NCBI GenBank assembly: GCA_964508155.1
Contig: CAZDRE010000001.1
Coordinates: 197,174 to 261,173 of the forward strand
DNA from: an uncultured Candidatus Bathyarchaeia archaeon
GTDB taxonomy: Archaea; Thermoproteota; Bathyarchaeia; Bathyarchaeales; DTEX01
Direction of reading: 5' to 3'
Length of the DNA stretch: 64,000 nt
The position numbers and the translations under genes are program-made. Below are positions 54,570-62,607 of the stretch, piece after piece. Position 1 is the first letter of the stretch. Each line of letters begins with the position of its first letter. The notes under the pieces are model-generated. The model was not told the DNA's origin and did no database searches. It was given only the letters and a program-made list of their open reading frames with translations.

Positions 54570-55109
54570 CTACTCTATTGAGCCGCCGCATAACTCCATT
54601 ATTTCCCTATGCAGATCCATTATCCGTTTTATTGACGGATGATCCTCTCCGAGCTTTCTCTTGAACTCCTCTATCGTCTTCTCGATTGGAACAACTTTAT
54701 CTCCATCTATCAGCTTATCGGCGTATGTCACGATCTTCTCCTCTAATGTCTCTGGAAGATAATTCTCAACTGGCCATCCTAGCTCAGCTGCCTCCTCCGC
54801 TGTTAAGCCTCCTCCAATATGCCTCTTAATTATCCTTATGACAGCTTCTGGAAGTCCAAGCTCTTCCGCTATTTTAGCCCCGACTATAGGATGGTGAACG
54901 CTGTGGGTTTTTGAGCGGCCCAAATCATGGAGAAGAGCGCCTATCCGTATGAGTTCAATATCTATTGGAACTCCCCTCTCTCGGCACTTCAACGCTATTT
55001 TCACAGCGATCTCGGCTACTGCCCTGCAGTGCCTTATGACGTTAGGTGAACATCCGCTTTCACGGAGGATCCTTATGGCCTCCTCCGGCGTTGGGATCCC
55101 TCCCTTCAC
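54570..55109 (-). CDS. HD/HDIG-domain phosphohydrolase
   Basis: LLHDLGR and HPIVGAKIAEELG motifs. It overlaps tfe by 4 nt. Confidence 0.75.
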   Translation of the reverse strand: MKGGIPTPEEAIRILRESGCSPNVIRHCRAVAEIAVKIALKCRERGVPIDIELIRIGALLHDLGRSKTHSVHHPIVGAKIAEELGLPEAVIRIIKRHIGGGLTAEEAAELGWPVENYLPETLEEKIVTYADKLIDGDKVVPIEKTIEEFKRKLGEDHPSIKRIMDLHREIMELCGGSIE

Positions 55110-55612
55110 TGCAACTCAGCCCTTAACTGTTCGATCTTCCTCGACAGAAACTCGATTATCTTGCTATTATCATAATACATGAGCGGCTTATCACATTCGG
55201 GACATCTAAATATATACTCGGTTGCCTCCTCGAAGGGTATGCGTCTATGCCCCGGAGTTCCACAATAGTAGAATTCATGGGACTTTTCGTATCTCAATCT
55301 CTCCTCGAGTTTCTCAAGGATCTTCTTCTTTTGATTTATTAGGAAGCCCTCGATCTGATCTGGCTGAAGCCTCCAGTGGAAGATGAACCATCCTGTCTTC
55401 TCATCCCTCGTCCTTCTAAGCCCAACAATGGAATGATTATAAAGCCTATACAGGATCTTTCGGACAGTATTCAATTTTATCTTCGTCTTTGCAACGATCT
55501 CCTCGTCTGTTATCTCATCAACGTTCTCTAGGATCTTGACGATGCTAACCGCTTCCTCCCCGCCGAGTATCCTCGCAACCTTATATAGAACTTCACGGTT
55601 CGATAGGGCCAT
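55106..55612 (-). CDS. tfe: Transcription factor E (TFIIE-alpha homolog)
   Basis: Winged-helix N-terminus (TDEEIVAKTKIKLNTVRKILYRLYNHSIV) and a zinc ribbon (YYCG...FRCPEC). Confidence 0.85.
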   Translation of the reverse strand: MALSNREVLYKVARILGGEEAVSIVKILENVDEITDEEIVAKTKIKLNTVRKILYRLYNHSIVGLRRTRDEKTGWFIFHWRLQPDQIEGFLINQKKKILEKLEERLRYEKSHEFYYCGTPGHRRIPFEEATEYIFRCPECDKPLMYYDNSKIIEFLSRKIEQLRAELQ

Positions 55613-55681
55613 TAAATCACCATCTACATCACAGCATACTAATTTAATAGCATCTGCAAACTTAAATTGTTCGTTATAATT

Positions 55682-56227
55682 TTACTTATCGTTTAGCCTC
55701 AAAACCTTCTTTCCCCTCTCCTGAGGAACTATTCGAAGCTTCGCATCGTCGAAGGAGATTGAAAGCTCCTCCCCTTCAAATAATTCATGTAGAAAGAGTG
55801 CTAGGGCGCTTATCTCGGAGTGGGGTTGAGACGTTACCGAGACGTTATAGTCAGCCATCTCATAGACTCTGCCGGGAACCTTAGCTCCGCCGACGACTAT
55901 TAGGAGAGGCTCCTTTAGGCTTCTTATCTGATCAATCACCTGCATTAATGGAAGCCCATACATCGTTAGGTGAATCACCTTCCCTCCCGTCCTCTTCCAC
56001 TCCGTTATCTTTTTCGCCCAGTTCTGAACATAGGAGACCTTGAAGCCTCCGCCCCATGACCTACTGACCTTCTCTATGCTCATTTGAACCTTCTCGTCCT
56101 CCTCGCCAGAGTAGAAGCCTCCCGCGGCGCCTAATGCCCTAGCGGCGAGGAAGAGGTGGGTTGTTACCCTCTTATCCCTTTTAGGCCTATGATTCAATCT
56201 GAGGATATAGACCTTCCGCGGCTTCAT
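55682..56227 (-). CDS. tRNA (cytidine56-2'-O)-methyltransferase aTrm56 (SPOUT)
   Basis: ILRLNHRPKRDKRVTTHLFLAARALGA at the N-terminus and a HLTMYG motif. Confidence 0.8.
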   Translation of the reverse strand: MKPRKVYILRLNHRPKRDKRVTTHLFLAARALGAAGGFYSGEEDEKVQMSIEKVSRSWGGGFKVSYVQNWAKKITEWKRTGGKVIHLTMYGLPLMQVIDQIRSLKEPLLIVVGGAKVPGRVYEMADYNVSVTSQPHSEISALALFLHELFEGEELSISFDDAKLRIVPQERGKKVLRLNDK

Positions 56228-57431
56228 ACTTGAATGCCCCGCCTAACTCTTCAACTCTATGCTTTACCTTCTCGGCGACCGTCGGCTCAGCGTAAAATGA
56301 GACTTTAATATCCGAGTTTCCATACGAGACCTCGAGCACCTTTGCATGATTGTATATCCATGATAGGAGCGAGAGTGAATCTCCATTTATGGGTATTACT
56401 GCAAGGGACTTCACATGCCTTAACATGCGACTTGCAATCTTAACCTTCAATTCGTCAATGTTCATTCTATGTAGGGCTGAGACTGGAACTAGATCGAAAG
56501 AGTAACCTCCTAGACAGGCGATCTTAGACTGTAATTCCTCATCCGAGAGGAGATCGATCTTGTTCAGGACGGCTATGATCGGCATTCCAGAAGCACCTAT
56601 CTCCCTCAATGTATTTAGGCAGCACTCAAGCTTCCTCCTTATCTCATCTTCAGGCTCGCTTATATCCACGACGAGGAGGATGAGATCTGCGAATATCGTC
56701 TCCTCCAGCGTCGAGCGGAAGGCCTCTACAAGTGTTATGGGAAGCCTATCGATGAAGCCGACCGTATCCGTGAGCAGAACTGGAACGCCGAGTAGGTTCA
56801 TCATCCTTGTAGTCGTGGAGAGAGTTGTGAATAGCCCCTCGTCTATCGGCACATCTTCTCCTGTAAGCGTCTTGAAGAGCGTGCTCTTACCGGAATTCGT
56901 GTATCCAGCAAGGGAGATCGTTGGAAAGCCGAGCTTTCTCCTCCTATGTCTATGCAGCTCCCTAGTTCTTCTAACCCTCCTAAGCTTTTCTTGGATGCTG
57001 TGAACATGCCTCTTAACGGTCTCATAGTATACGTCAACCTCGTATTTTCCGAGTCCGAGGAAGCCGGGCTGCTCGCCCATCTTCGCGAGTCTAACCTTCT
57101 CCCTTGCATGCGCAAGTTCATAGCGCCAGCGAGCCAGCTCTATCTGGAGCTTAGCCTCCCTCGTCGAGGCCCTCCTATCGAATATCTCCAAGATGAGCTG
57201 GAATCTATCTATCACCTCAACTCCAGTCAGCCTTGCGAGATTGTAGATCTGCGTAACATTAAGTTCCTCCCCGAAGATTATCTTCTCGGCTCCAAGCTCA
57301 GACACCATCCTTGCCAGTTCCTCAGCCTTCCCCCTGCCTATGCGATAGCGTGAATGGGGATGAGTAGCCTGCTCCAGAAACCCTACAACCTCATATCCCG
57401 CTGCCTCAGCTAGGCTTCTAAGCTCCTCCAA
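56187..57431 (-). CDS. hflX: GTPase HflX
   Basis: HflX N-domain, then G1 GYTNSGKST and G3 DTVGF. The open frame continues upstream to 57503 and encodes a family-like AIIVER segment with no canonical start codon. Confidence 0.9.
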   Translation of the reverse strand: MEELRSLAEAAGYEVVGFLEQATHPHSRYRIGRGKAEELARMVSELGAEKIIFGEELNVTQIYNLARLTGVEVIDRFQLILEIFDRRASTREAKLQIELARWRYELAHAREKVRLAKMGEQPGFLGLGKYEVDVYYETVKRHVHSIQEKLRRVRRTRELHRHRRRKLGFPTISLAGYTNSGKSTLFKTLTGEDVPIDEGLFTTLSTTTRMMNLLGVPVLLTDTVGFIDRLPITLVEAFRSTLEETIFADLILLVVDISEPEDEIRRKLECCLNTLREIGASGMPIIAVLNKIDLLSDEELQSKIACLGGYSFDLVPVSALHRMNIDELKVKIASRMLRHVKSLAVIPINGDSLSLLSWIYNHAKVLEVSYGNSDIKVSFYAEPTVAEKVKHRVEELGGAFKYEAAEGLYPQIES

Positions 57432-57459
57432 TCTGGATTTCTCGAAGCGTCCGCGCCTC

Positions 57460-57987
57460 TCAACTATTATTGCCTTCGTTCCGAAGCTTCCTCCTAGAAT
57501 CCTTCAGATGAACTATTTCCCCAAGAGTTACCTCCCTGCGCACCCTAGAAAGGTTTGATGGAACCTCAGGCACCGTGAAGGGGACGAGCAGTTTGATCCC
57601 GAGTGCATGCTCGATCTTCCTTGCAAGCCTCTCATCCGGCATTATCTTCTCCCCCTCAAGCTTCTTAATGACCGAGGCCTTCTCGTTGATCCGTCTGCCC
57701 AAGTCCTCCTGGCTTAAACCCAGACTTTGCCTCGCCCTTCTAATGATCGACCCGTAATTCTCGATCACGGTGATCTCCTCTGGAATCACATCCTTCCATT
57801 TCATGCCTGTTCTTCTAGGTCTGATTTGACGTGTAAGTTTAGGAGTAAACCTCATAGTCTCCTCTTCAGGCTTCCATTCGGCTGAGCCGAGCCTTGCACA
57901 CTTAGCGCAGACCGTGAGCTTCGCTCCCTCAATTATCACGTGGTATGGCTTGCCCTTTATATCGCAGCCGCAGACATCACATTGCAA
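57460..57987 (-). CDS. Archaeal multiprotein bridging factor 1 (MBF1)
   Basis: N-terminal zinc ribbon (CDVCG...CAKC) and a C-terminal cro/C1 HTH (LGLSQEDLGRRINEKASVIKKLE). Confidence 0.85.
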   Translation of the reverse strand: MQCDVCGCDIKGKPYHVIIEGAKLTVCAKCARLGSAEWKPEEETMRFTPKLTRQIRPRRTGMKWKDVIPEEITVIENYGSIIRRARQSLGLSQEDLGRRINEKASVIKKLEGEKIMPDERLARKIEHALGIKLLVPFTVPEVPSNLSRVRREVTLGEIVHLKDSRRKLRNEGNNS

Positions 57988-58112
57988 CTTTACAGCACCA
58001 TCAAAGTATAATATGGTTTCTCCATGAAATTAAGTGTGACTGTTTCCGTTTGAATGAAGCATATTTAAATGCTCAGGAGCATCAAGGCTTAAGAATCTAT
58101 GGTGACTTCAAA

Positions 58113-58625
58113 TTGTCCGTGGATCAGGCGAGAAAGAGGAGGCTCCTTGAGATCATCAGAAAGACTGCCGATTACCAGTTTGGATTGGGAGCTGGCGAGA
58201 TCCTTTTTCCGGAAGATGTGGATCTCGTGATCTCTAAGAAGACCGGGCGCGTCAGGCAGATACTGCTGAATGGAATTCTCATAGCGACATTAAATCCCAG
58301 ATCTGGACTTCTAAATTTAACGATTGAGGGCGCTGAGAGGCTATGCTCAAATGGAGAGGTTAGGGTAAGATGGGTTAAGGTTAGGGATGATGCTGCACAT
58401 TTCATCGAGGAGGGGAAAGATGTATTTGCGAGGCATGTAATCGACGCTGACAGGACTATCCGCCCATTCGAGGAGGTAGTCATTCTGAATTCGCACGGCG
58501 AGATCATAGCCGTTGGAAGAGCTCTGCTTTCGGGATCCGAGATGCTCGAGTTCAAGAGGGGAGTTGCCGTTAGGGTTCGTAGGGGAAGGATGGAGAAGAC
58601 TAAAAAAGGGAAAAGTAAAGAATAG
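58113..58625 (+). CDS. PUA-domain protein (tRNA/rRNA-modification associated)
   Basis: The C-terminal region VVILNSHGEIIAVGRALLSGSEM..KRGVAVRVRRG is a PUA pattern. The start is set at the TTG at 58113 (GTG at 58119 is also possible), downstream of the TATA-like atatttaaat at 58063-58072. Confidence 0.55.
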   Translation: MSVDQARKRRLLEIIRKTADYQFGLGAGEILFPEDVDLVISKKTGRVRQILLNGILIATLNPRSGLLNLTIEGAERLCSNGEVRVRWVKVRDDAAHFIEEGKDVFARHVIDADRTIRPFEEVVILNSHGEIIAVGRALLSGSEMLEFKRGVAVRVRRGRMEKTKKGKSKE

Positions 58626-58678
58626 CTCCATGGAGGTGGATTCTTCTGAGGAGGATAAGCCCGAGAGAAGCTAGGAGG

Positions 58679-58990
58679 ATGATGAGGCGTTTAGGCCTAA
58701 ACATGAATCCACTTGATGTTGACGAAGTCATATTGAAGACTAAAGATAAAGAGATAATCATTCAGAATCCTGAGGTTGCCGTTCTTGAGGTTCAGGGACA
58801 AAGGATATTCCAGATTGTAGGTGGGGAAGTCTCTGAGAGGAAGAAGTTAGTCATCCCGGATGAGGATGTTCATTTGGTCGCCCAACAGGCTGGCGTAAGC
58901 CTTGATCGTGCAAGAGCCGCTCTAGAGCAGACGAACGGTGATCTCGCGCAGGCGATATTGCTCCTCAGCCAGGAAGGCTCAGCCCGCTAA
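58679..58990 (+). CDS. nac: Nascent polypeptide-associated complex protein (archaeal NAC, with UBA domain)
   Basis: NAC beta-barrel pattern (VILKTKDKEIIIQNPEVAVLEVQGQRIFQIVG) and a C-terminal UBA domain (VSLDRARAALEQTNGDLAQAILLL). Confidence 0.85.
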   Translation: MMRRLGLNMNPLDVDEVILKTKDKEIIIQNPEVAVLEVQGQRIFQIVGGEVSERKKLVIPDEDVHLVAQQAGVSLDRARAALEQTNGDLAQAILLLSQEGSAR

Positions 58991-59262
58991 GACCCGATCA
59001 TCCCACTTTCATCCTTCGGCATTTCAGCCCTAACAAGCCTAACAGTGCAGTATTCATCATTTTCGCTCTGATATATACAGAGTATCCATGAGCCTCTCTT
59101 TACGCACTTACCCATAAAGAACAGAATTTATACACCCCGCAATCATAGTCGATCTGGCGGAGATCGTTGCTGTTTAAAATCTCTTGTGAACCCTCAGTCC
59201 ATCAGCATGAAAGAACATTGGAGGCTGAGGCAAAATTTTTGAGGAAAGAGGGGTGGCGGGGT

Positions 59263-59865
59263 CTATAGCAGTATTGGCTCTCCCTCAGGCTCCTTTTTCT
59301 TCTTCAAAGTAACCTCTAGAACTCCATTCTTGTATGATGCCTTAGCGCTCTTATTGTCAACCCTACATGGCAACTCAACCTTCTTGTAGTATTTCCTCTC
59401 CGGAGTATCAACTGAAATCGTCAATGTATCCTCTGTCCCATAGAGCTTAATATCCTTCTTCTCGACTCCCGGAAGCTCGGCGATAACCTTAACCTCATTA
59501 TTTGTCTCCATCACATCAACGAGCGGCTCCCTCTCCTCTCTGATATTTATCCTTGGACCCCCGAGTTTCATCTCAGGTTTTACGTTGCCGAACTCTCTGA
59601 TCTCAGGCTTCCCATCCGGGCCTATTGTAACGCTGTATCCGTAGATGAATGGGCCCCACTCACGTATCTTTGAGCCGTCAGGCAATGTCCTCTCACGTAT
59701 GAGATTCTTTGGTGTGATCCTTGCGAACTCCTCGAACTCCCTCCGCATCATCTCCTCCATCTCCCTGAATATTCTATCGATATCATCGAATATTCCCCCT
59801 CTAAAGAATGGGAATCTCCTCCTAAACCATCTGTCCCACTCATCCGTCAATTTACTCACCTCCAC
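59263..59865 (-). CDS. Small heat-shock protein (Hsp20/alpha-crystallin) with a long N-terminal arm
   Basis: The alpha-crystallin domain is VDVMETNNEVKVIAELPGVEKKDIKL...ASYKNGVLEVTLKK. Confidence 0.9.
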   Translation of the reverse strand: MEVSKLTDEWDRWFRRRFPFFRGGIFDDIDRIFREMEEMMRREFEEFARITPKNLIRERTLPDGSKIREWGPFIYGYSVTIGPDGKPEIREFGNVKPEMKLGGPRINIREEREPLVDVMETNNEVKVIAELPGVEKKDIKLYGTEDTLTISVDTPERKYYKKVELPCRVDNKSAKASYKNGVLEVTLKKKKEPEGEPILL

Positions 59866-60281
59866 TAAATTTCTTCAATCGCATCGAGTATTTGCCTCAT
59901 GGCGAGACCCATCAGCATGAAGGCTCTTCGTCCGAACTCTGAGCACCTATACTTTCCCCTCCCGATCTTCTCCAAGAAACCGCATTCACTAAGTCTCCCA
60001 AGATTCTCCCATACTATCTTCGGATTTAGGTTGAGGCTCTGCATCAGCTCGGCGAACCTCAGCGAGGAATCCTCCTTCATCATGAACCTCCACATCATCT
60101 TCATGCATGTCTCATTGGATAGGGCGTTGAAGATCCTCGAGAACTTCTGGAATTCCTCCTCGATCATGTTCATCTCGCTCTTCAGGTTCTCCCTTGACCA
60201 TTCGGCTACTGATATTGGAATCTCAAGGAGCACCTCCTCGTCCTTTATGAGCCTTATCTTTAATCCCATGGGTCTCGCCAC
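59865..60281 (-). CDS. Winged-HTH (ArsR-like) regulator co-transcribed with hsp20
   Basis: LRFAELMQSLNLNPKIVWENLGRLSECGFLEKIGRGKY. The last base of its stop codon is the first base of the hsp20 start codon (59865). It has a GTG start at 60281, with an ATG at 60269. Confidence 0.65.
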   Translation of the reverse strand: MARPMGLKIRLIKDEEVLLEIPISVAEWSRENLKSEMNMIEEEFQKFSRIFNALSNETCMKMMWRFMMKEDSSLRFAELMQSLNLNPKIVWENLGRLSECGFLEKIGRGKYRCSEFGRRAFMLMGLAMRQILDAIEEI

Positions 60282-60284
60282 ATT

Positions 60285-60330
60285 TTTATTACTGATTGGT
60301 AATATTTAAATATTACCAATCAGTAATAAA
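60285..60330. promoter_or_regulatory. Perfect 46-bp palindrome centred on a TATA-like core, immediately upstream of the wHTH-hsp20 operon
   Basis: tttattactgattggtaatattt | aaatattaccaatcagtaataaa was verified base by base. Each arm contains ATTAC-N6-GTAAT. The centre aatatttaaatatt lies 26 nt from the GTG at 60281. Confidence 0.6.
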
Positions 60331-60364
60331 TGATCCGAAAAAATAAGCCTGGAGGCGAATGCCC

Positions 60365-60859
60365 TTAACGGAATTCTATCTTTTCGGGCAGATTTTCATA
60401 TCTGGCCTTTCTATATCTCTCCAGTAGCCTGACGATCTTAAGGTTGTATTCAAGGAACTTCTGGAAGTTTAAATGTCCAGTTACGGGATCGATCACTCCA
60501 TGCCTGACGGCAACGACTCTTCTGTACGTATTCATCTCGCTCTTATCCGGTGGGATCAGGTATATGAAGATGCTTCTCTGCTTTGCGGGATCAGATTCCC
60601 CGCCGACCCGGGCTATGATTGTGCCATTATATGTTATTCTCGGGGTGAAAATGCCGCTTTCAACGCGGTATCCTTCCCTTATAGCCTCAGCTCGTAGAAT
60701 GCCATAGTCCACGTCATCCGCGAACTGGATTCTAATGATGTCTGAGCTGATCCTCTCAACCCGCTCCACGCCGGGTGGAAGCCTAGTTGAGGATCTCTTA
60801 TCGGAGAGAACTTCTGAGATCGCATCGAGCATCGTGTATCTTCTTCGGTCCATCATCAA
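60365..60859 (-). CDS. Hypothetical protein (164 aa), tightly coupled to the LigD-PE gene
   Basis: Intact ORF that starts 1 nt after the upstream stop. I recognise no motif in it. Confidence 0.5.
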   Translation of the reverse strand: MMMDRRRYTMLDAISEVLSDKRSSTRLPPGVERVERISSDIIRIQFADDVDYGILRAEAIREGYRVESGIFTPRITYNGTIIARVGGESDPAKQRSIFIYLIPPDKSEMNTYRRVVAVRHGVIDPVTGHLNFQKFLEYNLKIVRLLERYRKARYENLPEKIEFR

Positions 60860-60860
60860 T

Positions 60861-61244
60861 TCACTGTTTCGTCTTGAAGAAAAGCCAGTTCTTCTCCCCT
60901 TTAAACCTTATTAGGCAGTATTTACCTTTTAACCGTTTCCCATGAATCTCAATGACTATCTTTTCTGGGGTTCGCTCTATCAGCCTGTATGTTCCCTTAT
61001 CCCAGATCTCAACTACGCCCGCTCCATACTGCCCCTCCGGGATTACACCCTCAAAATTCGCATATTCTATCGGGTGATCCTCAACTTGAACTGCAAGTCT
61101 TCTTATACCGCTCTTTGTAGGGGGCTCCTTTGGGACGGCCCAGCTCTTCAAAACCCCATCCATCTCTAAGCGTAGATCCCAATGCAGATGGGATGCTTGA
61201 TGCCTCTGGATCACATAGATTCTCTCTTCATCCTCACTCATCAC
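60861..61244 (-). CDS. Stand-alone DNA ligase D 3'-phosphoesterase (PE) domain protein
   Basis: YVIQRHQASHLHWDLRLE, LKSWAVPK, VEDHPIEYANFEGVIPEGQYGAG and KGKY..IRF are PE-domain signature blocks. Confidence 0.85.
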   Translation of the reverse strand: MMSEDEERIYVIQRHQASHLHWDLRLEMDGVLKSWAVPKEPPTKSGIRRLAVQVEDHPIEYANFEGVIPEGQYGAGVVEIWDKGTYRLIERTPEKIVIEIHGKRLKGKYCLIRFKGEKNWLFFKTKQ

Positions 61245-61370
61245 TAGCCCCTCAAAGATGATTTTAGCAGATTCTCTCCAATAAGTTTTTCAGATCCGCA
61301 TCTATACCTGACGCTTATTAAGGAAAAGATAAAGATTAATCGTTTAGGATCTGCTGGGAGCCGTGATCAT

Positions 61371-62543
61371 TTGAGGTTTGAGGTTGCCGAGAGAGTTAAG
61401 AATCTTCCACCATACATATTCGCCGAACTCGAGAAGATCATAAATGAGAAGAAACGCCAAGGGGTAGATCTAATCTCCCTGAGCATAGGAGACCCAGACC
61501 TGCCGCCGCCGAAATTCGTTTTAGAAGCGTTGGCCGAAGAGAGTTTAAACCCGAATAATCACAATTACTCCTTCAGCCAGGGAGAGCCGGAATTCAAGGA
61601 GGCCATTGCAGAATGGTATAGGGGCAGATTCAACGTTGACCTAGACCCGAAGAGTGAGATTATAGCATTGATAGGATCGAAGGAGGGACTCGCTAATATT
61701 GCGAGAGCATTCGTCAATCCTGGAGATAAAGTTTTGGTTCCAAACCCCGCATATCCAGTATATGCTAATGGGGCTACGATACTGAGCGGGGGCATACCAG
61801 TAGATATGCCCCTGCTGGAGGAGAATGACTTTAAGCCTGACATCGAATCCCTCGAGAGGATGGATCTTAAAGGCGTAAAGATGATGTTTCTGAATTATCC
61901 GAATAATCCAACTGGAAGCGTGATGGATAGGGATTATCTCGAGGAGATCGTCGAGTTCGCACATAGGCATAACATAATAGTATGCTATGACAATGCATAC
62001 TCGGAGATCACATTTGATGGTTATAAGGCTCCGAGCATACTTGAGGTTGAAGGCGGAAAGGACGTATCAGTTGAGTTCCACTCATGCTCAAAGACCTTCA
62101 GTATGACTGGTGATAGGATAGGATTCGCCGTTGGAAACGAGAAGATAATAAGTGGACTCTTGAGGATTAAGACCCAAATCGATTCTGGACCTCCACGTTA
62201 CACTCAGATGGTAGCCGCTAAGGCATTGAGGAGCTACGTGAATGGAGAACCACCAGAATACGTTAAGAGGATAACGGAGATATACAGGGAGAGAAGGGAC
62301 GAGCTAATCCGGGGACTAGAGCGTTTAGGACTCAAATGCAGAAAGCCGCTTGCAACGTTCTATGTGTGGGTTAAATGCGGAGGAGACTCGATGAGCTTTT
62401 GCCGGAGACTCTTGGATGTTGGGGTTGTCGCAACTCCGGGAATAGGATTCGGAGAGTATGGCGAGGGGTACGTCCGCTTCTCGGTAACCCAGCCGGTCGA
62501 GAGGATCAAGGAGGCCTGTGATAGAATGGAGAAGATCCTTTAA
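61371..62543 (+). CDS. Class I/II pyridoxal-phosphate aminotransferase (LL-diaminopimelate aminotransferase-like)
   Basis: LPPYIFAELEK, LSIGDPDLPPP, NYPNNPTG and SCSKTFSMTGDRIG (PLP lysine context). TTG start. Confidence 0.75.
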   Translation: MRFEVAERVKNLPPYIFAELEKIINEKKRQGVDLISLSIGDPDLPPPKFVLEALAEESLNPNNHNYSFSQGEPEFKEAIAEWYRGRFNVDLDPKSEIIALIGSKEGLANIARAFVNPGDKVLVPNPAYPVYANGATILSGGIPVDMPLLEENDFKPDIESLERMDLKGVKMMFLNYPNNPTGSVMDRDYLEEIVEFAHRHNIIVCYDNAYSEITFDGYKAPSILEVEGGKDVSVEFHSCSKTFSMTGDRIGFAVGNEKIISGLLRIKTQIDSGPPRYTQMVAAKALRSYVNGEPPEYVKRITEIYRERRDELIRGLERLGLKCRKPLATFYVWVKCGGDSMSFCRRLLDVGVVATPGIGFGEYGEGYVRFSVTQPVERIKEACDRMEKIL

Positions 62544-62607
62544 GCCTTCAACATCAAAAAGAATATAAGTTATTGCGGATTCGTTTCTCTCTCGGGAAGG
62601 GACGCTT

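Noticed and set aside
57945-58112. A 5' extension of the PUA-domain ORF that overlaps the MBF1 gene start on the opposite strand
   Set aside because: The extension shows no family similarity. A TATA-like box at 58063-58072 followed by TTG or GTG starts at 58113 and 58119 fits better.
59000-59090. C/D-box sRNA-like motifs on the minus strand (ATGATGA ... CTGA ... GGATGA ... CTGA) in the NAC/hsp20 convergent spacer
   Set aside because: The box spacings are ~26-27 nt instead of the ~12 nt guide length typical of archaeal C/D sRNAs. The C' box is imperfect and the terminal D box lies inside the NAC coding region.
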